Below are positions 42,583 to 58,409 of a stretch of DNA of 64,000 nucleotides, one piece after another. The stretch's first letter is position 1. Every line of letters begins with the position of its first letter. Below the pieces are notes generated by a model. The model searched no databases. It saw nothing but the letters and a program-made list of their open reading frames with translations, and was not told the DNA's origin. The DNA is from Octopus sinensis (lineage: Eukaryota), in assembly GCF_006345805.1 (NCBI RefSeq), contig NC_043002.1, positions 54,064,001-54,128,000 on the forward strand. The letters run 5' to 3'. The translations under genes were made by a program, and so were the position numbers.

Positions 42583-42726
42583 AATACCAAACGAGTTCCC
42601 TATGGGTACCGTATTTATTACAACTCGTGGCTTGTAAACGTATCTAACTCGCTTTCGCTCGTTAGATACGTTTACAAGCCACGAGTTGTAATAAATACGG
42701 TATCCATAGGGAATGAGTTTGGTATT
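42583..42726. repeat. 66-bp-arm hairpin with a 12-nt loop (MITE/fold-back-like)
   Basis: 42 bp perfect (42607-42648 / 42661-42702); loop TCGCTTTCGCTC; 4 mismatches distally. Confidence 0.95.
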
Positions 42727-42818
42727 TTATTTATTACACACGAATAAACGACCATATTTTATTAACCCAATAAATTCTTCACGTTTAGTTGTAACTTATG
42801 AATGACGAAAGTAGTGCC

Positions 42819-42922
42819 GTCACCGTGACCTCGGGTCATCACCATGAATTGACCAATCAGAAGCAGCGCTGTCACCGTGACCTCGGGTCATCACCGTGGA
42901 TTGACCAATCAGAAGCAGCGCT
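42819..42922. repeat. Two tandem 52-bp units
   Basis: GTCACCGTGACCTCGGGTCATCACC(A/G)TG(A/G)ATTGACCAATCAGAAGCAGCGCT x2, 50/52 identical. Confidence 0.95.
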
Positions 42923-43092
42923 CGCAGTATCTGACATATGTTAGATACCAAAAATATCTCAAAGTGTTCTCACTCACATGTGTGCAATAAATAGAATATA
43001 ATACATATACAAGCTTACAAAAATATAAGATACACAGAAGTCCATCTACGGGGATGTGCCAATTAATATTAGACATATCAGTACTTAAAATA

Positions 43093-43419
43093 GTACTTAA
43101 AATTGGCACTCCCCTCATCAGGATGTCCTATACAACACATATAAAACATGAACAAATACACATTCACATACCGGCCATTCTCAGAACACGGCATTTACGT
43201 ACTCCCAGAGATTTTTTCGTCGATCCCCTTGGATAAAAAAAGTGTATATATATATATATATTCTCTCAAAACTCCCACTCTACTCCTAGCATCTGATGAC
43301 ATGGACGTGTCCTACGCACCCACGAAACTTTAAACCACGTGGAATTTGTGACAAACTGTTATAAAAAATATAAGTGTTGTATAGGACATCCTGATGAGGG
43401 GAGTGCCAATTTTAAGTAC
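43093..43419. repeat. Perfect 46-bp inverted repeat whose arms each carry the 5' half of a hammerhead (CTGATGAGGGG)
   Basis: 43093-43138 is the exact reverse complement of 43374-43419. Confidence 0.95.
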
Positions 43420-43426
43420 ATAGGTG

Positions 43427-43583
43427 TAGGAGTGGCTGTGTGGTAAGTAGCTTGCTTACGAACCACATGGTTCTGGGTTCAGTCCCACTGCGTAGCACCT
43501 TGGGCAAGTGTCTTCTACTATAGCCCCGGGCCGACCAAAGCCTTGTCAGTGGATTTGGTAGACGGAAACTGAAAGAAGCCCGT

Positions 43584-43621
<38 letters not shown>

Positions 43622-43863
43622 ATGTGTGTGTATGTGTGTGTATATGTTTGTGTCTGTGTTTGTCCCCCCAACATCGCTTGACAACCGATGCTAGTGTGCT
43701 TACGTCCCCGTATCTTAGCGGTTCGGCAAAAGAGACCGATAAAATAAGTACTAGGCTTACAAAGAATAAGTCCTGGGGGTCGATTTGCTCGACTAAAGGC
43801 GGTGCTCCAGCATGGCCACAGTCAAATGACTGAAACAAATAAAAGAGTAAAAGAGAGTAAAGA
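43427..43863 (+). mobile_element. SINE family B (tRNA-like head, internal microsatellite, (AAAAGAGT)n tail)
   Basis: AGGAGTGGCTGTGTGGTAAG head, GGGTTCAGTCCC B-box-like motif, internal (TA)n/(TG)n, conserved 3' body. Confidence 0.9.
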
Positions 43864-44594
43864 GCAACTCTTAACAGAATTGCTGAGAGCTGCTTTCTTT
43901 CGTTTGTTCACTCACTCGTGTGTGGGGTGGGGATGTATGCATTCTGTGTGCATATGTACATGTACGTGCATGTATGTGCGTATGCAATATGTGTCTGTGT
44001 GGTGTGTGTGTGTACATCTATGCTTATGTTTTGTTTTTGTTTTTTTGTTTTGGGGATATGTGTGTCTTTCATTTGCTCGCTGACATCACTCTATTTAACG
44101 GCAGATTCTTTGGAAATTGGTAATATTTACTTGTTTGTCCAGCATTAAGTTTCACTCGAGCATTCCAGAAGATATATTGTAATTCACATTATATAAGAAA
44201 TGAACTGACAAATTTGAAGTGAATTTGATAAGTGCCACGCACGAAACTCCAGATACTTCAGAGTTACTTTAGAAACTTTGTGCCGGTTAAATACACACTC
44301 CCACACACTCACACACAATCACATACATTCACACACACACTCGGACACACATATATATAAATATAGAGTGAGAGAGTGAGTGAATTATAAAGTGAGTGAG
44401 TGTGTGAGTGAGTGAAAGCGTGTGTGAGTGAATGTGTGAGTGACTGAGTGCGTGAGTGAGTGAGTGAGTGAGTGAGGGAGGGAGTGAGTGAGTGAGTACT
44501 ATTTTCTCTCGTAAAATCAAACACACACAGAGAAATATATATTCGCTAAATTATGTAATTTGTCATATAATTTAACACACACACACACACACGC

Positions 44595-44660
<66 letters not shown>

Positions 44661-45175
44661 GTGTGTGTATGACTGTGTGGTGAATGTGCTTGTGTTTGGG
44701 TGTTTGTGTGTGCATATGTATGTGTAGATGCAGCTATTTATATATCAATGCGCATGTGTGACTGCAATTATATATCTTCTTGCATATGTGAATATACGCG
44801 CTTGTGTTTGTATGTATGTTTCTTGGTTTTATTTTTAGTTTTTAGTTTTTTGTATATGTGAATTGTGAGTGAGTACTATTTTACAACAGCTTTTACCTAA
44901 TGCATAAAATATTAAAGAAATGCGACTGGATGTCTGCTCAATTACTTCACCATTTAATTATTTCTAATGGGAAATGTATACATAATAAATATTCGTAGCG
45001 TGACTTAGATTAGTTACAGAAGTTAATTGAAAAATACAGATTGCAAAGATTGTATTTTTCTGCAATACTCACTTATCATGGTTCACTCAAGCAAAACACA
45101 CGATGTACAAAGATGTCTTTTCTAAATCTATAAACGAAAACAAGAACGACACACAGACATGCAAACACAAATTAC

Positions 45176-45410
45176 CTATTTCTTTACTACCCACAAGGGA
45201 CTAAACACAGAGAGGACAAACAAGGACAGACAAACAGATTAAGTCGATTATATCGACCCCAGTGCGTATCTGGCACTTAATTTATCGATCCCGAAAGGAT
45301 GAAAGGCAAAGTCGAACCCGGCGGAATTTGAACTCAGAACGTAACGGCAGACGAAATACCGCTAAGCATTATCGGCTGGTGTGCTAACATTTCTGCCAGT
45401 TCGCCGCCTT
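45176..45410 (-). mobile_element. SINE family N
   Basis: Full-length reverse-complement match to the 5646 unit. Confidence 0.9.
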
Positions 45411-45774
45411 GCAAACACAAATTACCATTGAGCCAATGAGAAGCCTCTAGCCAACAAAAATGTTCCTGGTCATCGACCAGCTAAGAATACCAGCTAAATT
45501 TCCATTTAAATCACAACAGACCCTTCATACTTAAACATAGAACGGACACATTAAATAAATTGATATGAAAATAAGCATATGGCATATATTGTTGTAATGA
45601 TGTTTATAACTTCTTTAAAATCAAGTATTCTATGTTGATGGCCCAATACATACAAAGTTTTACTTGTAAAAACAAAATACTACAAATCTGTTACCCTACT
45701 AAATGGCACTGGGTGGCCCTTCAATTTAATGCTAGAATGTTTTTATATATAACTATACATAAAATCAAATATTA

Positions 45775-46345
45775 ATGTATGAACGTATGTATGCATGTGT
45801 GTATGCATGTGTGTATGCATGTGTGTATGTATGTATGTGTGTATGTACTTAGAGACATTCAGGCTTGCATGCATGCATACATACATTCAGAAATGCATAC
45901 ATACATTCAGGAATGCATACATACATGCATACATGCAGGAATGCATACATACATAATACATACATACATACATACATACATACATACATACATACATACA
46001 TGTACGCATTGAAACATACATGCATACATAAATACATTATATATACATACACAGACATGCATGCATGTATGTATGCATGCAAGCCTGAATGTCTCTAAGT
46101 ATATTTTTATATATAACATAAAAACAATATTAATGCATGTCTGTGTATGTATATATAATGTGTGTATGTATGCATGTATGTTTGAATGCGTATATGCATG
46201 TATGTATGTAATTATGCATTCCTGCATGTATGCACGCATGTATGTATGCATGCATGCATTCCTGCATGTATGTATGCATGTATGCATGTATGTATGTATG
46301 TATGCATGTATGTATGTATGTATGTATGCATGCATGTATGTATGA
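45775..46345. repeat. (CATA/CATG)n low-complexity block with nested local inversions
   Basis: 45846-45874 inverted at 46073-46101; ~45905-46063 inverted at ~46134-46300. Confidence 0.85.
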
Positions 46346-46668
46346 AGTTGATCTCATAAAAGGTGGCCTTGGCTTATTCAAAAATAACACATCAACATTT
46401 TAGCTTACGAAAAAGCCAGAAGGAAATATTTTTTCTCACTGTTATTGTGTTTTCGCTTCAGTATGATTAAATTTTATATAACTTGTGTATTCTCGAAGGG
46501 TTACATAATTCTATTATTTACAAATATATTTACATCCTTAAAGCAAATCTTTGTTAAGTTAAAAGTTTGAGATGTAAACAGCGTATCAAAAGCAACACAT
46601 CGAGGCCCATTGGTATATTACACTCATGTTTTTAATGTTTGTTTTCATTCATTTATTTATTTTTGTTA

Positions 46669-46960
46669 GTGGAAGCACATGGCCTAGTGGTTAGAGCAGC
46701 GGACTCGAGGTCGAAGGATCGCGGGTTCGAATCTCAGACCGGGCGATGTATGTGTTTATGAGCGAAAGACCTTACACTTAGATTGAGGTATTCCTTCTGG
46801 TAGAAGGTAATGGCAAACTTCTGCTGACTCTTTCGCCAGAACATTCTTTCCTCTTGCAGCTAACCTGCGACGGACCGGCGTCCCGTCCATGTGGGGATCC
46901 TATACGCCAAGGAAACTATGAGCCAGGCGTGGCTCGAGAAGGAACAAACAACAACAAAAA
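46669..46960 (+). mobile_element. tRNA-headed SINE, family A
   Basis: Colinear with 36030-36339 (GGCCTAGTGGTTAGAGCAGCGGACTC...GAAGGAACAAACAAC). Confidence 0.9.
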
Positions 46961-47639
46961 GTTACGGATTTCGTTTACACGCGATCTTTCATAGATTTTC
47001 ATACTGCATATATTTCATAGACTTCCTTTGTCCGCAAATTTCAGTTTCTGAAATATTCATAAAGTAGTGTTGCCTTCTTGATGCAGATGTGTTTTCATAA
47101 CTTCTCTTAACTTTTTTGTGTACAAATAACCTACAGAAAAGAACAAGAAATAATCAACGTAAGTTAAACTGTAAGTTATTTAAACGACAAAGAAAGTAAA
47201 TAAAGATATTACAGCAAGAGGATACTGTGTTTCAAAGAAATTTGTGAGCGATTTAGAGAAATACATGGAATAAACAGCAAAAAATACGAAATGAAAAGCA
47301 TGCCAACAGAAATAAACTAACTAAATGGTGACCGGAAGCGTGGACATAAGAAACTCGTCCAAATGGAAAATATGTTTCTTGTAAAGCATCAAATTTATAC
47401 GGTACGGTAAGAGGAATTAAAGATTGGATTCTATAATTTAAGGTAAATGCTGGATCGTACACAGAGTACATGAAAAGGCATAAATATTTGGTAGGAACTT
47501 AGATTGAGGTGTTCCTTCACTGCTCAGTGCATCGGGTGGCAAGCGACCTCACAGTATTTGGTCGGTTGTTACTCTTACACATCTTTTTCATGTAATGTTA
47601 ACTGTTTTCTGGTCATTTTTGAAGCGTCCCCCGCCAAGT

Positions 47640-47945
47640 GACTTTTAGTAGAACTTATTCTACCGGTCCCTTTTGCTGAACAGTTAAGTTACGGGGACAT
47701 AAACGCACCAACACCGGTTGTCAAGCGGTATGGGGGACAGATACAAAGACACCCACCTAAACACAAAATATCACACACACACACATATATATATATACAT
47801 ACACACTTCCGTCCACCAAATTCACTCACAAGGCTATAGTACCCGAGGCTATAGTAGAAGACACTTGCTCAAGGTACCATGCAGTGGGACTGAACCCGGA
47901 ACCATGTGGTTAGGAAGCAAGGTTCTTACAACACAGCTGCTCCTG
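47640..47945 (-). mobile_element. SINE family B, diverged
   Basis: ACACCGGTTGTCAAGCG...GAGGCTATAGTAGAAGACACTTG...GGGACTGAACCCGGAACCATGTGG. Confidence 0.85.
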
Positions 47946-48506
47946 TGCCTAACATAAAAATAACTCTTACCGTATTTTTGTAATTAAATACTTATTAGGA
48001 TTGTATTTTAAAAAGTCAAAATATTTTGTGTTGCAGAGGTATAAGCAATCTGTTACACATAAAAATCAACAATAAAATTTTATATGGACCTCCAAAGACC
48101 ATATGGACGCCTGTTGAGAACCACTAGACTAGACAGAGAATTTAGCCAACCATGTAGAATTGGTGCTCTGTCTTAGATTTCACAAAATCTGCCTTGTGAC
48201 CTGAATAATGTGATACAGCGATTTCACTGATAAAATCATGCAATATTACAGGAGGTGGGTTGGTGGGGGTGGGGGTGGATTGACACAAGTGTCATTAAAG
48301 AGTCGAACAAAATACCTTGTAGTGTTTAGTAATAGCCATCTACATTCAGAATTCAAATTCCACATCAATAAACCGAAGTACCAGTGAAATACTGGAGTTA
48401 ATGTAATTGGCTGTTCCCTACCAATCAATGTTTACAAAGCTACTTGGCCGTAACGTCATTCAACAATTCTTCAATTCTAGACACATTCAGGACCTTATGT
48501 CAATAC

Positions 48507-48636
<130 letters not shown>

Positions 48637-48903
48637 GTGCAATATATATATATTTATATATATATATATATATATGGAAAAAAAAAGTCAAGGTTGAAAA
48701 TGCTAAAATAATTTTATAAAAAAACATTTCAGTACCGGTCTCAGTCATTGAGACTTCTTCAACTGTAAGCATGGAAAACAATTAAATTTTGGAAAAATTA
48801 AAGCATTTTCTAACTGAAATGTTTTTATAAAATATTTTAGCATTATCTACCTTGACTTTTTCCATATATATATATATATCAACGTGTGTTCCTTTTCAAC
48901 GTT

Positions 48904-48982
<79 letters not shown>

Positions 48983-48988
48983 TATATT

Positions 48989-49056
48989 GGCACAGGACGT
49001 CATGAAACGTGTACAACCGTACTTTTTTTTGTACACATTTCATGACGTCCTGTGCC
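48989..49056. repeat. 27-bp-arm hairpin (1 mismatch, 14-nt loop) inside (TA)n
   Basis: GGCACAGGACGTCATGAAACGTGTACA / TGTACACATTTCATGACGTCCTGTGCC. Confidence 0.95.
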
Positions 49057-49067
49057 CACATATGCAT

Positions 49068-49105
<38 letters not shown>

Positions 49106-49262
49106 CGTATAGATGTAAGTATGTACATATACGTATGTATATATGCATATATATATATACTTACATACATGCATACATACATACATTCGTACGTACTTAT
49201 GTAATACCTATGTACCTACGTACGTACATAAGTATTAGCGCGAAGCACTGATGGAAATAAAC

Positions 49263-49441
49263 AAACTTTAGGTTAGTTCAAATATATGTTTATGACATAT
49301 TTCAACTCCTAAAGGTAATTTCATTGCAGATTACCGTGGAGAAAAAAATTTCTCGCTGATGGTAAAGTTGTAAACACATCATTGATAATGCCTTTTAGGA
49401 GTTGAAATACGTCACAAACATATTTGAACTAAGCAATAGTT
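49263..49441. mobile_element. MITE-like element, same family as 25206-25443
   Basis: TTAGTTCAAATAT...TGACATATTTCAACTCCTAAAGG / CCTTTTAGGAGTTGAAATACGTCA...TATTTGAACTAA. Confidence 0.8.
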
Positions 49442-49624
49442 TATATACATGTGTGTATATGCGTGATGTGTATATAAGCATGTATATGTGTGTGCTTCTT
49501 ATCTTTTATTCTTTTATATGTTTTAAACCTTGAGGCTGCGGCCATGCTGGGACACCGCTAAGTATATATGAATGTATGTATCATAAATTATACGATTTAT
49601 TTATAATTAATATAAATCACTTGC

Positions 49625-49825
49625 AGGATCCTTAGAGATGCTGAGAAAAATACTTAGCGCTATTTAGTTCATCTTCATGTTCTGAGTTCAAATTCAGCCA
49701 AGGTCAATTTTGCCTGTTACCTCTTCGGGATCGATAAAATAAGTAGCAGCTATTCACTGGGGTCGATGTAATCGACTTACCCCCGCCTCCAAATTTTGTG
49801 GTCTTATTCCAAAATTCGAAACCAG
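49625..49825 (+). mobile_element. SINE family N, degraded
   Basis: TTCTGAGTTCAAATTC...GGATCGATAAAATAAGTA...CTGGGGTCGATGTAATCGAC. Confidence 0.75.
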
Positions 49826-49911
49826 TATCATTCACTTTATTACCAGCGTTCCAACTTCGTTCATCACAATCTAATTTATTTTTCCAGTTAATTCTATTCT
49901 ATTATTTTTTT

Positions 49912-50132
49912 TTTACTTGTTTCCGTCATTTGACTGCGGCCATGCTGGAGCACCGCCTTTAGTCGAGCAAATCGATCCCAGGACTTATTCTTTGTAAGCC
50001 TAGTACTTATTCTATCGGTTTCTTTTGCCGAACCGCTAAGTTACGGGGATGTAAACACATCAGCATCGGTTGTCAAGCGATGTTGATGGGACAAACGCAG
50101 ACACACAAACATACACGCGTGCGCGCACATAG

Positions 50133-50171
<39 letters not shown>

Positions 50172-50188
50172 CATATATACATACATAC

Positions 50189-50239
<51 letters not shown>

Positions 50240-50398
50240 CACACACGACGGGTTTCTTTCAGTTTCCGTCTACCAAATCCACTGACAAGGCTTTGGTGAG
50301 TCGAGGCTATAGTAGAAGACACTTTCCCAAGGTGCCACGCGGTGGAACTGAACCTGGAACTATATAATTGGTAAGAAAGCTACTTACAGCCACTCCTG
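49912..50398 (-). mobile_element. SINE family B
   Basis: As above; internal (CA)n/(TA)n expanded to ~140 bp. Confidence 0.9.
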
Positions 50399-53300
50399 TA
50401 CATTATCTAATGAATGGTCCCATTTTTGAACATAGTAGGGTGTGAGTTGAGGTAAATTTAACAATTATTTCTAGCTGGTCAAGCAGGTCAAATTGAACAA
50501 TTATTTCTAGCGGGTCATAGAAGGAGTCATACTGGCTTGCGTAAAATAAAAATCTGTAATTTAAACCAATAAATATCTGAGAAAATCGAAGGTTTTCCTT
50601 GCGGTTGCGGTTACTAGCAATGCTTTCTAGTTTGAATATCGGGAATTTCTTTGCATGTTTTCTTGATAATGAAACAAGTTTGGAAGAAGTTCATTAATGA
50701 AGAAGAAACACGAAGCCAAAGTGTATAATAGTAGAAATACAAAAAAAAAAAAAATTACGAGATGTTTGGAAGGCTTTGCGCCAAGATGTATGCATGGTCG
50801 CGTGATAAAGTAATCTCCTTCACATTTACAGGATTCTGAATTCGTTCTCACAGCACGGAAGCTTGTATGAGTGACATCAACCGAAGGCTCTCATCGAGCC
50901 AAATTTTGTGAGTAAAATTAGCTCGGCAGAAAATGTGCAGAAGCCCATCTAATTGGACTGTATTTGTTCTTGGGTGATCCTTCTGTATTAACTTGTAACT
51001 TCAGCTACATGAAATAGACTGGTTTTGATATGTAAACTCGGTGATTGTGGTGGATTTCAATTTCTGCGTATGAAAGACCCGCCAAAATTGAAATGCTTCT
51101 CCCTCCCTCCCTCCACATCTTCCACGGTTTAAATCCAGGCCTGTCACTAACATCTCTCTGATCTTTGGGTGCCTTTAGTGGTGTCTATTTTGTTGCATGC
51201 ATTCGAGTTAGGCTTCCAATTAAACGATAAACAACTAGATATTTTTGATGCAGTGCTTTTAACTTCAGCGAACTAAGAATCATATTACCTTTCTCGCTTC
51301 CCTCTCCACCTCATCTCACCAGTCATAGGGAACTAGAAAAATCTCATGGATGCAACCCTTTCTCATCTGGTTACGACATTAAATACGTATATTCGAGTGC
51401 CATAGTACGCCAAATTATTTGACTATGACACTATGTCATAGCATATTCTTATATGATAGTGTATTTTCACATAGTGTTATATAATACCGCATTGCATCAT
51501 AGCTCTCCGTTCAATCATTCCAGAATTCTGACTTTCGGCTATCCTGCTTTCTACAGTCTCACATTTCCGTGTCATGACAACCACAGCTATTCAATATCAT
51601 GCAAGAGCCTGTACGCCGTCGCTCAAACCATTAGAAAGAGCAGCAAACTTTTCTTCTAATCACTTCTTAAAAACATGAAGACCCTATTGGATAATGTAGT
51701 CCCTGAAGTACAAAAAGACGAGATGGTCGCACTTGAAACGCATTTGTTCTATTAAATCAGAGCAGACATTAAGCTTAATCAACAAAAACGCATAAATACA
51801 ACACTTAAAGGAATCTTTTTGCGACTGCTCGACCGGCTAGAAATGGCTGTCAAAACTTCCTCAAATTACACTCTACTATAGAAGGAGAAAACTGGATAAC
51901 CTTGTCCCCCATACTGCTCCAAAAACAGGTTGGTCGTGTTTGGGGGGTATTTGATTATAAGTAGGTGACTGTGGTTGTCTGGAGCTAAAGAGCAAGATAT
52001 TTTAGAAATAGCAGTCAAATCTCCTTCAAATTACCCTCTACCATCTAAAAACAGAGAAACATTGGATATTTAATCCTTGATACTCCTGAAAAGAAAAGTT
52101 GATTGCAGCTGGAATGTCTTTGATCATAGGATTCCTCTAACATGGTAGGTCTCGCGTTAAAGCACAAACACGCGCGCACGCACGAACTCTCAAATACACA
52201 TGGAAACACACATCCAAAAATATACACACAAATAAGGTGAACTTTTACTTGGTTCTTAGGAATCTTGTGAGCAACGACGCTATTGTACACCAAATGCAGC
52301 ATAAAGTAATTATATAAAGATACATAATTCTTATAATTCTACTGTAAGAACTAACGTCCTTTTCTTTTTTTTTCCAGTTTAAATTCTTACCTCAGATAAC
52401 TGTTATACAATCTCGTAATTCTCTCACTCTTCTCCCTTTGCTCTCTCTCTCTCTCTCTCTCTCTTTTGCTCTCTCTCTCTCTTGCTCTCTCTCTCTCTCT
52501 CTCTCTCCCTTATAAGCGCGCCATACGTCCCCCCATTTACTGACCCGCATACTTATTTGATTACTCCGTCGCACGCGTCATTTTCATCCGTATTTTTTTA
52601 GTCTCTACTTACCTCTGCTATCTAACATTACTACCTACAGTCATTCATTCCCTACTACTGTCTACATTCGACAGACCTCCCTGTTGTCGTGGTCACTTCC
52701 TTCCTTTATAATCTCTTTTTTCTCTATCGTCAACTGATGTCTTCATAGTACTAATTCCGCTTTAGTTACCGCACCCCATTCCCGCTTCTCGTCTTTTTCC
52801 CTAATTTTTTTCCTTATCCCCACCTCACTCCACTCTATTTCCTCCACTGCAATAAAATACGCTTTTAACTACATTCTTCCAATGAAGGTAATCTGGCCTT
52901 GCCTAGCGTATTCATAACTGTTGAACTTATTCCTAATACATCACAGGTTATTATTATGTAATGAATGTGGTTCGGCATAAGTCATGGTTCACCCGAAACA
53001 GCTGTCAAGATATGAGCATTACATGGCTCCTTTTGTTTATTTTGTATTTTGTACTTTGCATTCCATGTAAATATACTCATTAAGCCTAACATGTTTATCT
53101 GCCTTTCTACCTCTGTATATATGTATGTGCGTGTGTGTGCGCGCGCGCGCGTGTGTGTATGTGTGTATGCGTGCGTGAGTGTATATTATTCAAAGGAATT
53201 CCAACTCTGTTTTTTATGTCTTATTTATATTCTTTATAATATTAATGTAGAATATATAGTATATACAGTAAAATGAAATGAAGTATTGATTGCCATCTTG

Positions 53301-54210
53301 AATAGATGAAATATTGAATATCAAATATTAAGGGACTAGTATACTTTCTTGCATTTAAGCATTCTTCACGGTCCCATGTTGTGACAATCATACAAACCCC
53401 TTTTATATGTATATATATATATAAATATATATATATACACGTATGTTTGTGTCTGAGTGTGTGTTTGTGTGTATGTCAAGTAGATATATATAAATACATT
53501 ATTCATATGCACATATTCATATACAAATATTACGTAGAAATGCGTGTATGTGTGCAAGTATGTATGCATGTATGTATGTTTGTATATATGTATTTATGTA
53601 TGTATATGTATGTATGTATGTATGTATGTAGTATGTATGTATGAAGTTGTGATATGTATCAGTTTTCGTGTTGCATTCAAAAGCTTCATTACGAGATTTG
53701 TTATCATCCATATAGCATATGAATATAGATCATCAGATAATTATTTTATGAACTATATTTACTGATTATTATTCGAATTCAGCAGACCAGTTCAGTTCTG
53801 TCAGAGGTGGTAAGAACTATAATTAGCGATATGCTTTCAATTTTTTCTATGAACAGAAATAATTAATCTATCTCTGATGAAACATTAATAAATACTGAAA
53901 CTAGTCGCAACAATCTTTTTTTTTTCTGAACAAAAATAATAAAATCTACGATTTAAACACAGAGTCTGCTTTTCAGAACGTGATTGAATTGTGTGCTTAC
54001 AAAAAGCACACGCTCGTAAGTTTACCATATTATTCTACTTATCTTAGCGCTATGTATTTTTCTCATATGTATTCTTTTATTTTTTTTATGTTTCAGTCCT
54101 AAGTTTGTGATCATGCTGAGGGCATATATATGTATCTACATACATGTATACAAAGACACACATATATACAAAGACATATACATTGTATAAACATATAATG
54201 CATAAGCACA

Positions 54211-54243
<33 letters not shown>

Positions 54244-54263
54244 GATGTATGTATATATATAGA

Positions 54264-54337
<74 letters not shown>

Positions 54338-54354
54338 GTTTTAGAGTCTCCTTT

Positions 54355-55191
54355 TGTACAGGAACAGCTTGGTGAACAGCTAACGGTGTTGGAGAGCATA
54401 AATATTGAAGTTGTAGTTGGTTATAGAGATTAAAGTTGTAGTTGACATGAAGGACTGGAAGCCATCCGAATATTGGAAAAGAGTTACCTTTATCACCATG
54501 ATTCGCGCCGGGTATCAAAATGCCGACATCATGACTGCTGCTCAACGCTTTGTGAACATTGATAATACTGCAAGACGTGACATGGATACCATGAAAACCA
54601 GCTTACCCTAAAACTGTGATGGTCTTTGTGCGTTTCCAGTGAGGGTGACGCCACCTACATCTTTGCCACCTACAGCTTTGAACAGGGTAAATTAAGCTCG
54701 ATCAAACGGCTACGTGAAACTTTGGAGACTTAGGTCAAACCATGGCTGGAGACGGTTGTTGCTGGAAGGCCATATGTGCAGCAGAAGGATTCGGCTCGTG
54801 CCATATCTACAGAAAGAGCTAGCTGTGGTTGTCGGAGAATTTCAACAACTGCACCAGTCCCTAATTACCCCAATTATAACCCCATGTATTACTATGCGTG
54901 GAGCGCGGTTGAGAAAGACATCAACTGCTCTGCCTGCAAAACCAAGGTCGAGCTGGTGGCCAAGATCAAGAAGTCGATAAAAAAATCTTCTCAGAGACAA
55001 AGTGAGGAACACATGCGTCAGACTTCGGAGCCGTCATGGAGCCGTATTGGAAGCCGAGGGTGGCTACCTTCAGTAAATTGTCAGAATCTATTTAACACTT
55101 TTTGATTTTTAAAAGTACTTTCGTTTTTGGGTGAAATATTGCGTTCTCTTTCCTGTTGTGCAAACTGACAGATTCAACCCGAACACCTTGT
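54355..55191 (+). mobile_element. Internally deleted Tc1/mariner remnant (maT/DD37D-like)
   Basis: N-terminal MKDWKPSEYWKRVT...IRAG, then QQKDSA and PNYPNYNPMYYYAWSAVEK (cf. PNSPDxNPxDY.W); 3' end ...CCGAACACCTTGTC followed by TA. Left TIR not found. Confidence 0.7.
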
Positions 55192-55199
55192 CTATATAT

Positions 55200-58130
<2,931 letters not shown>

Positions 58131-58328
58131 TATGTATACGTAAGGTACAGAAAGTCATATTTATATAATCGATACAGGAATGTAATATAACTAGTAAAGA
58201 TTGCATTGCGATGTGATCCTATATACAATCTTTAACAAAATAATATGCTGAGCTTGCCATCTTATATTATTATATAATATATTATTATATGGTATGTCAT
58301 AGGCTGACAGTTAGACGGACGGACAGAG

Positions 58329-58409
<81 letters not shown>

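Noticed and set aside
52960-53005. GAAACAGCUGUC (3' half of a hammerhead)
   Set aside because: No recognisable CUGANGA upstream; counted only as a remnant.
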